Source of the DNA: Eledone cirrhosa
Taxonomy: Eukaryota
Length of the DNA stretch: 64,000 nt
Direction of reading: 5' to 3'
NCBI GenBank assembly: GCA_964016885.1
Contig: OZ024751.1
Span: 48,980,001 to 49,044,000, forward strand
A program made the position numbers and the translations under genes. This document shows, in pieces, positions 1 to 14,916 of the stretch (the stretch's first letter is position 1; each line of letters starts with the position of its first letter). The notes beneath the pieces were generated by a model that had not been told where the DNA came from, did no database searches, and saw only the letters and a list, made by a program, of their open reading frames with translations.

Positions 1-207
1 GTTGATACAGTCACGTGAATAAGCACATCAGCTTAAACATTTTACTTAAAAAAAGGGACTCACGAAGGCTTTTTTTTTATAAATGTAATTTGATTGGTTA
101 TAAATGAAACTATGATTGTCACGTGAACAAGTACATTAAATTCGCGCCCGTATTTTGGAATTTTTCTTATAGCCATTTAGAGAATATTCTGCCAAACAAA
201 AGATAAT

Positions 208-394
208 TGTTTCTACTATTGGCACAAGGCCAGAAAATTATCCAGTACATTACTGGTACTTTATTTTATCGACCCCGTAAGGATGAAAGGCAAAGTTAAC
301 CTCGGCGGGATTTGAACTCAGAATGGCAAGGGCCGTAACTCTATGCGTCAAAGCATGGCGTCCGAACCTCTACCGATACTGCCAATCCACCGCC
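208..394 (-). mobile_element. tRNA-derived SINE (type 1, Meta-domain-like) with 14-bp target-site duplication
   Basis: Minus strand reads GGCGGTGGATTGGCAGTATCGGTAGAG (A-box-like), GAGTTCAAATCCCGCC (B-box-like), GCCTTTCATCCTTACGGGGTCGATAAAATAAAGTACCAG. Flanked by AAACAAAAGATAAT at 194-207 and 395-408. Many copies in the window. Confidence 0.85.
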
Positions 395-825
395 AAACAA
401 AAGATAATGGTCAAGAATATGGGATGGAGAGAGTTGTTCTGAGTATGACTGATGTGCCGAAATCTAATTTGATTGGTTATAAATGAAATTATGACTGTCA
501 CTTGAGCAATAAATTAAATTTCGTGCCCGTATTTGGGAATTTATTTTGTAAGCCTTTTAGAGAATTTTGTGCCAAACAAAAGATAATGGTCAAGAAAAAT
601 GGGATGGGGAGAATTGTGTCTGGTTCAGTGAATATAGCTGTGGCGCTGGGGTGTCAGAATTCAGACTTTCTATTGAAATAAAGAAAGTAGAGATATGTAT
701 GTTTATTTGTGTGCTTGTGTATGTGTGTTGGTGTGTGTGTGTAGGACGATGATTCTATTAGTAGAAATGGGGGAGGGAGTTGTGTTTGTGTGTATGGGTG
801 TTATGTGTGTGTGGGGGTATGGTTA

Positions 826-885
<60 letters not shown>

Positions 886-1224
886 GTGACTGTGTCTATA
901 TATATGCTTAAATTTCAAGTTTGCCGTATAGCCCAAAATTCATGTATATTTTGACAAACAGCATCAACTGGCTTGGCTGACATATTTTACAATATATCAT
1001 CTAGTTAGCAATATATTACTACGTCTATAGATATTTGAGAATGTACTTCTGACTGTCTCTGGTTTTCTATGTTACTCATACCATGTCTCATACCATGTGT
1101 GTATCTGTTCCTCTGTGTGTGCTTGTCTGTTACTTTCTGTGTGACACTGTGTGTCTGTGTTTGTTTGCCATTTGCTAATCATAATTTGCATACGTGTGTG
1201 ATATTCGCCAAATCCGTATGCGTA

Positions 1225-1377
<153 letters not shown>

Positions 1378-1427
1378 GTGTAGATCTATATTCGTTCCTG
1401 CGTGGATATCTATAGTACACTGCATAT

Positions 1428-1538
1428 GGGTCTCTTCGTGTTTCTCCGGGTGTTTCCATGTGTCTCCGGGTGTCTCTGGGTGTCTCCGGGTGTCTCCGGG
1501 TGTCTCCAGGTGTCTCCGGGTGTCTCCGGGTGTCTCCG
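1428..1538. repeat. 10-bp minisatellite (GGTGTCTCCG)n, about 11 units
   Basis: tgtctccggg repeated with minor variants. Confidence 0.9.
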
Positions 1539-1642
1539 TCAGTCTTTGTAATACCCTGCAAATATGTGCACCTCAGTTTGCATTAGTATATGTTTCCCTG
1601 AATGTATATGTTTCTGTCGGTGTGGTTTGGTTCGCGATACTC

Positions 1643-1699
<57 letters not shown>

Positions 1700-2144
1700 G
1701 TGTGTGTGGGTAGATGTGTGTCACTGTGTGTGTGTGCATGTGCGTGCGTGCGTGTATTTGTTTTTGAAATTCTGCATATGCTTTTTGTCTGATTTTCTGT
1801 GTGTATGTATGTACGTGTGTGTAAGCCATACAATAGGTCTGTATATGGCTGTGTGAAGTCACTTAATAAGTGTGTGTATCTAGTTCCGAGAGTTTATAAA
1901 TGTATATATAATATATATTTATTATATATCCTTATTTCTGTTGCAATTTCAGTGTAACTAAGTTCTTACACCGTAGTCGCGTTAGGGGGAAATCGTACAT
2001 TAAATAATCTTTTTTTTTATTGATGAGATTGTTCACACTTCATGTATAAAATATGAAAAAAAAAATTGTCTGCGTATAGATAGATGTATATAGAATTAGA
2101 CAGACAAATATAGACACTGTAAATCTATCTATCTATATATATAT

Positions 2145-2206
<62 letters not shown>

Positions 2207-2529
2207 ATAGTAAATACAAAGACCAAAATCTAGAGAGGACTCGATAAGTGTTGTATGTATATATAAACCATTAGAGCAAATATTTATCATTGGTTCAGAA
2301 TGTTTTGCTTAAACATTTACTATATATGTATGTATATAGCGAGTGTGTGTATGTTTATCTGTCTTTAATGTGTAGTTAGCATTCGACGTTATATTCTATT
2401 GAATTATATTAACTACCTTATATCAATGAGATTGTTCTAGTTAAACCAGTATGGTGGAAAGATTGGGTTCAAACATAGACACAAGGCTAGACATTTTCGA
2501 AGAGAACCGTGATGATTAAATCTATCATA

Positions 2530-2890
2530 TTATGTGACTGTAACACCATTTTATTATCCCTGGAGGGATAAAAGGCAAAGTTTCGCAGAGAAGGATTTGA
2601 ACTAAAAAATTCAGTGCCATAACTATGCGTAACACAAGCTTTTCCCGAGGCTGTAATGATTATTTCCAAACAACAGTCTGGCAGTATCGGTAGATTCAGG
2701 CACCGTGCTTTGCAGCATAGAGCTACGGTCCTTTACGGTCTGAGTTTAAATCCCGCTGAAGCTAACTTTGCCTTTCATCCTTGCGGGGTCGATACAATAA
2801 AGCACCAGTAATACACTGGGATGGATATAATCGACTTTCCTCTCTCCCCAAAATTGCCTGCCTTCTGCCTATATAAGAAACCAATGTTAT
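2530..2890. mobile_element. Two divergently oriented type 1 SINE copies (degenerate minus ~2530-2660; plus ~2679-2890)
   Basis: ggataaaaggcaaag...ggatttgaact on the left; tggcagtatcggtag...gagtttaaatcccgctgaagctaactttgcctttcatccttgcggggtcgatac on the right. Confidence 0.75.
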
Positions 2891-2997
2891 GTATCTCTCT
2901 CTCTATATATATATATATATAAGAAAGTAAGTCCATAGAATCATTAGATAAAATATATACAGTATTTCTTCTCCCAATCAGCATAATAAACCACATA

Positions 2998-3061
<64 letters not shown>

Positions 3062-3530
3062 TCTGTCTAGTTTATGTGTATGTGAACTTCTAAATTTTAT
3101 ATATATATATATATCCTTACCTCTCAACTCATCAACTCTCTTTCTCTCTCCTTCATTATCTTTCCAGTACAGTATCTTTCTCTTCTCTCTCCTTCCCTCT
3201 ACATTCGTTTATCTCTCTATATATACATATGTATATGTGTGTAAATTATATCATGTAAATCACTAATCTTTGCAAGGACTATTATCAGATGTTTGACTCC
3301 TGTAAAACATATACTACTATATGACTTACAACAACTTCACCATATAGCTGTGTATGGAAACGTGTGCATGCATATATGGCATGTGTGGCTGTTTGCGTGA
3401 CTGTGCTTTTGTATATATGTATGTCTAAGTATTTATATATATATATATATATATATATAGACGTAGAGATAAATATAGATAGATAGGTATAGATAGGTAT
3501 AGAGAGATAAGGCGGAGAAAGAACTAGAGG

Positions 3531-3622
<92 letters not shown>

Positions 3623-3625
<3 letters not shown>

Positions 3626-3668
3626 GATTATGAGTTTATGCAATTGACTTATGTTTCGTCACTATATA

Positions 3669-3711
<43 letters not shown>

Positions 3712-3754
3712 GATTATGAGTTTATGCAATTGACTTATGTTTCGTCACTATATA

Positions 3755-3795
<41 letters not shown>

Positions 3796-3832
3796 GATTA
3801 TGAGTTTATGCAATTGACTTATGTTTCGTCAC
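3623..3832. repeat. Three identical 40-bp units separated by variable (TA)n spacers
   Basis: AAGGATTATGAGTTTATGCAATTGACTTATGTTTCGTCAC at ~3623, ~3709 and ~3793. Confidence 0.9.
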
Positions 3833-3925
<93 letters not shown>

Positions 3926-4200
3926 CAATGTAGACATACCAAATGTATGTGTAGGAAACTATATATGTACGAAAAGAGAGTGAAAGTCAGGCACGCACTC
4001 ACATATAAAACATAAATAAAAAAAAAGCTGATAGCCAATGTAAGCGGCAATCAAGAGAGACAGCAATGCTATATATATAGCGAGGATAATTAGGCATAAT
4101 TAGCTGCAATTAGTTGAGAAACACTCTAGTAAAATCTTGTTGCATTTCTTCCAACATTTTACTTTCTTCACCACACACTCACACATCCCTCTCTCTCTCT

Positions 4201-4263
<63 letters not shown>

Positions 4264-4284
4264 TATATATATATGTATATATAT

Positions 4285-4327
<43 letters not shown>

Positions 4328-4336
4328 CACACACAC

Positions 4337-4367
<31 letters not shown>

Positions 4368-4471
4368 CATATATATATACACATATATTTATATATACAT
4401 ATATACACATTGGTTTCTTTTGTGGTCATTCAAGTTAATCTTCGGTTTGCTAGGTATATATTTATAACTAC

Positions 4472-4563
<92 letters not shown>

Positions 4564-4687
4564 GTGTGTCTGTGTGTGTGTGTACATGTGTGCATATATA
4601 TGGATATACGCACATATAATTGTTTATTTGCAGCATATGCATGCCTCAGTGTGTCTATTTACTAACCGTATGCACAAGTTGTTCGTG

Positions 4688-5470
<783 letters not shown>

Positions 5471-5792
5471 TTATTCTCCAACTTACACGGCATGCATAGT
5501 TCCACCTCGTGTATCGCCCACACATTGTTTTATCTAAATCAATGTAGAGATATTCACTATCCCTACTGTAATCAAGCTATATCGAACGGTGCCAATTATG
5601 AACTCGACCAACCATTGTTTCGGAAATGTATATTTTAACTCCTCGCCTTTCGTAATTTCTGCCGTTTCCAATGTGGGATTAATGGTATTAGTGTTTGTAA
5701 TATTCTTCGACAAGATTCTTTGTTCAGACATTGTAGCTTTACATATATATTATGTATATAGGCCAATATACTTATATATTTATATAAATAAT

Positions 5793-5847
<55 letters not shown>

Positions 5848-5849
5848 AA

Positions 5850-6030
5850 ATATGATAATAATGGAGCTGCGGCGTTGCAAATGGGTTACATATGAAAAAG
5901 TAAGTCCTTCATCAGTGGCCTTCCAACCGTCCTAGGCATTTCATCGCTTTAAAGGCCATATACCTCAGGTTGGTGCGAACAACGGCTAAAAAAAGTCGTT
6001 GGGACACGTAAATAAAGGGGACGCTAGGGT
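5850..6030 (-). mobile_element. TA-flanked short element, family G (diverged copy)
   Basis: Shares gtcc(t/c)tcatcagtg, atttcatcgc and catatacctca.gttgg with 37261-37476 and 53570-53785. Confidence 0.65.
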
Positions 6031-6238
6031 ATATATATATATATATATATTGGGTAACACATTATTGTTATAGGTAGTCCACTTAGGTGTAGTCCAGTTT
6101 TGGTATTCCGGGTAGTGGATGATATCAACGCTTGGCTAAGTTTGACTCAACAAGGCGTTTCCATAGTGATGCTGTATATATATATATAATATATATATAT
6201 GTATACATATATATGTATGTGTCTATATATATAAATAA

Positions 6239-6297
<59 letters not shown>

Positions 6298-6301
<4 letters not shown>

Positions 6302-6724
6302 AAAGAATAGAGGTGTAACACACAAGTTATTATATATTGGTAAACGGAATAGAAAATGCTGACAAATTGTTCACAGTTGAAAAATGGTTTAATTAGGAAT
6401 AAAAGAGTATTAGTGATTGTATGGGTTAGTATTCAGTTGTGGTTTTAAGTTTTTAAGTTTTTACCGGTTGCGCATTTCTAAATGCTTTTCAAAAATAATT
6501 TTGAGATAGAGTGTCCGTGCTGTTTGCTCTGATCTGAGCAAACAGCACGGACACTCTAACTCAAAATTATTTTTGAAAAGCATTTAGAAATGCGCAACCG
6601 GTAAAAACTTAAAAACTTAAAACCACAACTGAATACTAACCCATACAATCACTAATACTCTTTTATTCCTAATTAAACCATTTTTCAACTGTGAACAATT
6701 TGTCAGCATTTTCTATTCCGTTTA

Positions 6725-6734
<10 letters not shown>
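6298..6734. mobile_element. Family A fold-back element: ~199-bp near-perfect inverted repeat plus ~30-bp unpaired tail, inserted in (TA)n; Penelope-like inverted pLTR candidate
   Basis: Arms 6331-6529 and 6536-6734 with a 6-nt spacer (TGATCT) and one mismatch seen. Tail AAAAGAATAGAGGTGTAACACACAAGTTAT. Homolog at 26353-26769. Confidence 0.8.
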
Positions 6735-6764
<30 letters not shown>

Positions 6765-6766
6765 CA

Positions 6767-7060
<294 letters not shown>

Positions 7061-7199
7061 GCATATATATATATACATATGCATATATATAAATATATGC
7101 CAATATATATAGATATAGATACATGCCTGTGTTTGTGTGTGTATGTTGAGAGAGAGAGCGAGAGAGGGAGAGACCAGAGAGTGAGAGACAAAGAGAGAA

Positions 7200-7258
<59 letters not shown>

Positions 7259-7814
7259 CAGAGCGAGAGAGAGACACACACAGCAGCATGGCGGAGTGGT
7301 TAAGATTTTAATAAATATATCTAAGTTAAAACAAGTACCCCTACGTGGCCACCAAAATTACGAGTAATAGTAGCAAAATCGTCTTCAAATAACTCATCTA
7401 CGCTCTCTGAAAAGAATACCTCGCTTAATGCTGTATTAGATTTCCAGCCCCTTAGTAAATATCTGATTTGGCACTGTTGTGTATCATTTGATCATTGATC
7501 TCTTCAATAAGGGCCAACCTTGTGCTAAAACCTCCTCCAGTACTAACAATAATAACAACGACAATAACAACTAACAAACTACAAAGAACGGAAATATTCT
7601 CTATCACAGCTATAACAGAATACTATTTCTTTGGTTTTCATTTTCCGTTCTTACTTTTTACTCAACCAACTAGAAAGATGATTGATTCTACCTGTAAGAA
7701 TATTATTCAGAGCATGCCAGAATTGGCGTCATGACGATTCCTATCCTAATGAGGAGGACCAACCAATCTATCATTCAGCCAATTTCCATGCTCTGTCTGC
7801 CTTAATATCATTAT

Positions 7815-8362
7815 TATGCTTTCCAGCATTTTGTCCCTTTGCGTTCACAGTTCAAATCCCGCCGAGGTTGACTTTGCCTTTCATCCTTACGGGGTCGATA
7901 AAATAAAGTACCAGTAATGCACTGGGTAATTGCTGTCCTTGTGCCTAAAGTAGAAACAATTATTATGCTTTCCAGCATAGTTACGTCCCTTTACGGTCTG
8001 AGTTCAAATCCCGCCGAGGTTAACTTTGCCTTTCATCCTTACGAGGTCGATAAAATAAAGTACCAGTAATGTACTGGGTAATTGATGGCCTTGTGCCAAA
8101 AGTAGAAACAATTATTATTACTATTATTGTTATTATTATTTATATGGTGAATTAGCAGAGTCGTTACAGCTTTGAACATATGCATAGCAGTATTTGTTCC
8201 GGCTCTTTATATCCTAGGTTCGAATTCCGCCGAGGTCGAAGTCTCCTTTCTATCTTCATAGGTGAATAAAATAGAAACCACGCAGGTATTGGCGTTGAAA
8301 TATTCGATTGTCCTTTCCTCTAAAATTGTTGGCGTTGTGCCAACATTTGAAATCGTTATTAA
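7815..8362 (+). mobile_element. Cluster of three type 1 SINE copies (two 5'-truncated in tandem, one degenerate)
   Basis: gttcaaatcccgccgaggtt.actttgcctttcatccttacg.ggtcgataaaataaagtaccagtaatg at ~7850 and ~8000; diverged copy at 8146-8362. Confidence 0.8.
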
Positions 8363-8804
8363 TGTCATTACTATTGTTGTTAGCATATGTTGCTGTTTGG
8401 GTTGTTATGTAAAATATAGCTACCACCTCTTACATAAGCAGTAACATTAATTATTTACAGAAAAGGTTATATTATTGTAAACTGAAAGGTAAATGTCTCT
8501 GAAGACATTCGTATCTGCTGCATTGTTCAGTACCAAGATTTCAGTTTGAAAGAAGTAGTTTATTGGAGACTGAATAAGGAATCAACATTTACACATGGTG
8601 TTAGAGTAGAGAATGGCTGTGGCCAAATATCTCAGGAGATCTCAAACGTGGGCGTGAGATGAACCTATATGAAATATAGTATGTTCAGTTTCTGCTTAAA
8701 ATACAGAGCTGTCTAAATACACTAAGTCAACTAGATATTTCTACGTGGTAGCAGAAACTCCTAGAAATATAATTTAAATCTTCCTCACATTACATCATAA
8801 TGTC

Positions 8805-9020
8805 ATGGGTTCGATTCCTGGGTTGGATTGTGTGTTGTGTTCTTTAGCAAAACACTTCATTTCACGTTGCTCAAATATACGCAGCTGTAAATGAGTACCA
8901 ATAATAGATGGAGGTTAACCCTGCTATGGACTGGTGTCCTGTCCAGGTGGTGTATTGTACTCTCAGTCGCTTCGTACCATGAAATCGGAATAAGCACCGG
9001 CCTAATGAGCCTTCTGCCTT
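8805..9020 (+). mobile_element. tRNA-derived SINE type 2 (CORE-like central domain)
   Basis: GGGTTCGATTCCTGG B-box, then tgtgttctttagcaaaacacttcatttcacgttgctc...cagctgtaaatgagtacc. Homolog at 18408-18546. Confidence 0.65.
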
Positions 9021-9159
9021 AAGACATATCTTAGATGTAGATTTAGACTCACATTACATTAGACTTGGAATGTTATAGTATTTTCATTCAACGGTGAAGA
9101 ATCGGCAGGATCATTAAATCGTCTGATACAATGCCTGTTGCATTACGTGGTATCTTTGA

Positions 9160-9323
9160 GGACGGTGGATTGGCAGTATCGGTAGAGTTATGCCCCTTTA
9201 TGATTTGAGTTTCATTCTTACGGGATCGATAAAAATAAAGTACCAGTTACGCACTGGGGTAGATTTAATCGTCTTTCCCTTCCCCCAAAACTGTTGCCCT
9301 TGTGCCTATAAAAGAAACCATTA
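9160..9323 (+). mobile_element. Type 1 SINE, internally deleted
   Basis: gacggtggattggcagtatcggtagag...ttcattcttacgggatcgataaaaataaagtaccag...agaaaccatta. Confidence 0.75.
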
Positions 9324-10024
9324 TATGGTGTACTTGAGACGTACTTCGCTACAAACCGCACAAGGAAGGGCTTCCTTGTTGGAATATTAAGCTAAGAGAG
9401 TGCTAAGGCTGAACAAATTATGTATGTAAACTTTGGTTTATAGCACGGCAACCATTTAAAACAACAAGCTGTGGATATTTCCTTATGTTGTTTGGACTAT
9501 TTGCAGTTTGCACTTCCGTTTCTTTTGAATATCATCAGATAATATTTTTACTCATAACCCACACCATTCCCACCTTCCTAAACTGTCATTTGACAGGCTT
9601 TCCGATCTTTAATCAAGGCATACATATTTATGGGGTTTCCATTTATTCTCACGGTCAAATATTGCAGAAATAAAATTCCAAGTCAGCATTTACAAGCTTC
9701 TTAAAAAAGGAAAACTGTGAAATGAATAAATAAATAAATACATAACAGAGAGAAGGGGAGGGGAGAGAGTGAGGGAGAGAGAGGGAGAGAGATTGGTGAA
9801 TGAAGAAATTGAAAGATAGAGAAATAGTGAAAATTGGGTAAGAGGCGTGGATATATATAGAGAAGGAGGCGGAAATAGGTATAAATAGACAAAAGAGAAG
9901 AGAACTCAAGACGTGATGGAGACACAGAGATAGAATTGGTAGAAGTGGTGTGGTGATTAAATATTATTGTATTGTATGTTTTAGTATGTTTATGCTGTTA
10001 CACTGACTGCGTGTGTATAGCTAA

Positions 10025-10072
<48 letters not shown>

Positions 10073-10159
10073 TCTCAACATGAATGGACCTGTTTTTCAT
10101 TTCATTTAAAGACATTTTTACCAATTCTACCCCGTTCGTCCCTTCAATCTATCTTATTT

Positions 10160-10210
10160 CTCAGTCTTTCTTCTAATGAAGGACTAGCGTCCGAAATGTT
10201 AAGACCCTCT
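10160..10210 (+). ncRNA. Minimal type I hammerhead ribozyme motif (degenerate), family J
   Basis: TCTT-CTAATGA-A-GGAC-TAGC-GTCC-GAAA-T-GTT-AAGA: stem I TCTT/AAGA and stem II GGAC/GTCC present; core has a G5A change and the triplet is GUU. Confidence 0.55.
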
Positions 10211-10285
10211 TCCTGCTATTTCAAGCGTTAATCTAATATATTCCTTCCACATACTGTACCGATTGTATCGACAATTCTGTTTACC

Positions 10286-10386
<101 letters not shown>

Positions 10387-11363
10387 CACACACGTTTATA
10401 TACATGTGTGTGTGTGTGTGTATGTAAGCACGTGTCCAACATCCAGCGTGTCGTCTACAAGTGTCTCTACAAGCAGAATAAGTGTTGACGTGTAAAGTCA
10501 TTTAGTCAGTTCGAATGAAAAGCAAAACTAAGCAAACGACTAGGTAGATAAAGCAACATAAAGTACACGCAAAAACAAAAGACCTTAATATTCATATCGA
10601 AGGATGATATGATGGGGGGGGGGGTGAGTAGTTGTTTGGAAACAAGAATAACAGGAGAATAGGGATGTGGTGGAGAGAGGAAAGGAGAGCAGAGTATGTA
10701 ATTGAATTTGGGTAAGTGTTGGTGTTGGTAGGGATGTGTAAAGATTAATGGAACTTAATAGCGAGAATATATTGCTCCTTGAAAATCATGTAATCTCTTT
10801 GTGAATGGAGTTAATCGTGTAAGATAGAGAAGACTTGATATTGAAGATGATAATGACAGGAAAAGCACAATGCAAAATACGTGATATATTTATAAAAGAC
10901 AACAATCATATTTGATCATCATTAGAGCTGTATGAATGGTTACTCTTTATAAAGACAAGAAACATATGGTACAAAGAGGCATTTGAAGAGGTGTGTAACG
11001 TGTTTTTTCTTTAAATCACAGAATTTATCTTGATCTGAAATAGATAGAGAATTCTTAAGTTCAGTTACATATTCTAGACTTTCAGAATGTGAGATGACTT
11101 ACGTTGAGATAAAACGTATTGTATATCGATTAGTGATTAGGAATAACCCTTCGCTATAATGCAGTCTTGAGATCGAATGTACTGAGAGACTATTCAAGCA
11201 CGTGTCTTTATCATGGTCTCGTTTTGAGCCTAAATGAAATTGAATAGAAGGAAAGAGATGACGAATGTGTTAGATAGCTCGGCAGATTAACTATACCTGT
11301 AATTCCCGGAGTGCTGTTCTGCCATACACTGTGACACACATGAGGGTTACAATATATTACACT

Positions 11364-11568
11364 ATAATGGTTTCTTATATAGACACAAGGCCAGCAATTT
11401 TGGAGGAGTGGAAAGTCGATTAAATCGACCCCAGAGCATGACTGGTACTTTATTTTATCTACCCCCTATGGATGAAAGGCAAAGTTAACCTCGGCGGAAT
11501 TTGAACTCAGATCATAAAGGGCCGTAACTCTATGCTGCAAAGAATGGCGTCCGACCCTCTACCGATAG
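11364..11568 (-). mobile_element. Type 1 SINE
   Basis: gatgaaaggcaaagttaacctcggcggaatttgaactcag...ctctaccgata. Confidence 0.8.
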
Positions 11569-12052
11569 CTTTTCTTGATCGAACACCACCATTCATAGTC
11601 AAAACTAGTGGATGATCCCTGGATATGTGTGTGCGTGTATGTGTGTGGGCGTGTGTATATGTATGTATGCGTGTGTGTTTCTTCCAATATTTATACAAAG
11701 TACTAAACATTCATACAACATCGCTTCAATTTCCTCTTTTATCAGTTTCATCTAAAAATTTCAAAGCAAAATACTATTCCTTTATTTAGTATTTTTAAAT
11801 GTGACATTGTCGGAAATGTTTTGGTTGATATTTTTGCTGATGCTGAAGGTGGTGATGTTGCTGGTGATTGTATTGTTGTTTGCAGCCTTGCTGGTTTTGG
11901 ATGTAGTGGTGGTGAAACTATTGATGTTGTTGGTAGTCCAAAGCGGGGTAATGGAGTTGGTGGTGATGCTAGTTTTAGGTGTGGTGGAACTGATTTGAGC
12001 TTTTGTTATTTTCTGACTGATTCATGTTTCTCTGTCTCTTACACATGTTTAT

Positions 12053-12085
<33 letters not shown>

Positions 12086-12117
12086 AATCAGGATGGAATC
12101 AGTTTTAAACTGGTTAG

Positions 12118-12276
12118 ACCATTACTCAACAGAGTACTCAATATATGGGGTTGTAGAGTATGGTTATATTATAAAGAGTCGGGAGCTCATGCCGTTTCAA
12201 CAAATAGTTCTATAGTCTGGAACTAGCTGCTGAAACGCCAAGAGCTCAGCCATCGGATCCCGACTCCTTATAATAT
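12118..12276. mobile_element. Family D fold-back element, diverged
   Basis: gagtactcaata tail; imperfect inverted repeat tattataaagagtcggga / tcccgactccttataata; contains gaaacgccaagagctcagccatc. Confidence 0.55.
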
Positions 12277-12354
12277 AAGAAGGAATAACACGTAATAAAA
12301 ATACAGGACAATAATGATAAATATTAATTTAATCCGTAATCGAGTAGGGGAAAC

Positions 12355-12395
12355 TGTCTTGACGTTTTGGACATCAGTCCTTCATCAGAAGATAG
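12355..12395 (-). ncRNA. Minimal type I hammerhead ribozyme motif, family J
   Basis: Minus strand TCTT-CTGATGA-A-GGAC-TGAT-GTCC-AAAAC-GTC-AAGA: canonical apart from G12A and an extra A before stem II; AATAAA-like motifs nearby. Confidence 0.65.
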
Positions 12396-12858
12396 AATGA
12401 CAGAAAGTAGAAAACAAAGAAAGGTAGCCGAGAGTAAGCAGAGCAAGCAACAGATTATTTATATACCCAGGATTCAATGAGTGTGTGGGTAAGTGTGTGA
12501 GTGCGTGTATGTGTGTGTGGGGGTGTGGGTGGGGGTGGGGGGGGGGGGGGGTTCTGTGTGTGTGTGAAAGCAAGAAATCATGACTGTATGATTGAAAGAG
12601 AAGATTGGAAGGATGCAAAAAAAAAATCAAACAAATTATCTAAGAACTGGATAAGACCGTAAAAGACATTATGTTACCGCTTGCTAATTATATTCACAAC
12701 TGAATGATTAAAAGCTAATAATTTCTTTTTCATCTTCGAACTCTTGAACCAATAATATTTTCTATAGTTTCTTGGTATTTTGGATAAAAATCACCAAAAT
12801 ACAAAACAAATATTAAAGTTAAAAAAAACAAACTAAAATAAACAAACATAATTTACAG

Positions 12859-12932
<74 letters not shown>

Positions 12933-13158
12933 TGTGTGTGTGTGTGTATATGTATATATACATATGTATGTATATATATATATGTATGCATATATATATA
13001 TATATATGTATGTATGTGTATATATATGTATATATATATGTGTATGTATATATATATATATATAAATATATATTGATATATATATATATATATATATATG
13101 TACATATATATATATATGTGTGTGTGTGTGTATATATATACATATATATACATATTTG

Positions 13159-13207
<49 letters not shown>

Positions 13208-13596
13208 GCGGGTGTGTGTTTGTGTGTGTGTGTGTATGTATATATATATGTATATAGTGTGTACATGTGTGTGTATGTATATATATATGTGTATATAGTG
13301 TGTATATGTGTATATGTGTGTTAAAATAGTATAATAAATTTAAAAAATGAAACATAATATTGGTGTCGAAAATAAAATGTTTTTCATGTCCTTTTTTGTT
13401 TTTAATTCAGATCTTCTTTTTTGGGGAAATTAAATTTTCTTTTTCTAGTGACGAATATCAGATGGTTTATTACATTTTTGATATATAGCCGGGCTCTATT
13501 TCTACATGAAATTGTGTTTAATTATATTTGATATTTATTATTAATAGAAGTATTAGTATTAGTAGAAGCAGCACCATGTTTGACTCATAATGTGAA

Positions 13597-13713
<117 letters not shown>

Positions 13714-13789
13714 CATATGTATATATATATATATATGTATGTATGGATACATACATATATATATATATACATATATGTGTATGTGTGTA

Positions 13790-13885
<96 letters not shown>

Positions 13886-13938
13886 CATACATACATATGT
13901 ATATATTTATTTGTATGTATGCATACATATATATATAT

Positions 13939-13999
<61 letters not shown>

Positions 14000-14916
14000 C
14001 ATATATATTGCGGGATTGTTTTAATGGCACTCTAGCGGAAGAAATAAATCTTGGTGTATAATAGCAGATTTACGGACATCTTGAATATGGGTGCTAAAGA
14101 TAAACAATTAAAATGCCAAGAATGGTATTTTAAAGAAACTCCTCTTTATATTCCCAATGTTTCCAGCGACTGCTTCGCAAATCAGTTGTTAATTATGGCT
14201 ATCGTAAATATTATTAATTTGAGAAGGAAAGCTAAGTATAAATAATTGCAAGTCAGAAATATTAAAGCAAAGCTAAATACTAGATGAAAATTAAAACAAA
14301 ACAAACATATGCAACACCTCTTAGATTTGTATAGAATTCACAGAAGTATTCAAGCATATATACATACATACGCAAACATAAATATATACATACATATATA
14401 CACAAGCAGAAATACATATATACATACACACACATACATATATACATACACACACGCATACATATTTACACACATGCACGCATACATAGACTTATAAATA
14501 TATACCTACATTCGTACATAGATACATACATACATATATAGGCATACGTAAAAATTCTCAATTACTAAGACGACACTGACTATGAACAAAATGAAACGTA
14601 CGCCAATAAAGAAAGCATTATTATACAGGGTAAGTCTCACCCGCCCAGCTGAGATAATAAGAAACAAGTTTTTGTGTTCGGTCAGTTATCGCACGATCGG
14701 ATCAAAATCCAGGCGAGTCGAACGGGCAACGGAGTCACAGGTCGAAAGAACTATGGGTACCGACTGGGCACAGAAAACATACATAGCCTAAGAATCGAGA
14801 TATGGCAGTGTGGGTGTTCTCTTCGCTACACCAGAAAAAGCCAGAGCACACTCCATTGCGCCACTCCGCAATGACGAAATCATAATGATGCCCACATACT
14901 GCGGCCAGAGAGAGTC

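Noticed and set aside
3623-3832. CRISPR-like repeat-spacer appearance
   Set aside because: Spacers are TA microsatellite, the context is eukaryotic, and no cas genes are present.
6298-6734. Classical MITE or miRNA precursor interpretation of the palindromes
   Set aside because: Ends are asymmetric (unpaired tail), centres differ between copies and arm variants are copy-specific. Not formally excluded without genome-wide data.
11800-12005. Thr/Ser/Asn-rich minus-strand reading frame
   Set aside because: Looks like a decayed (GGT/GAT/GTT)n repeat; no clear splice or start signals.
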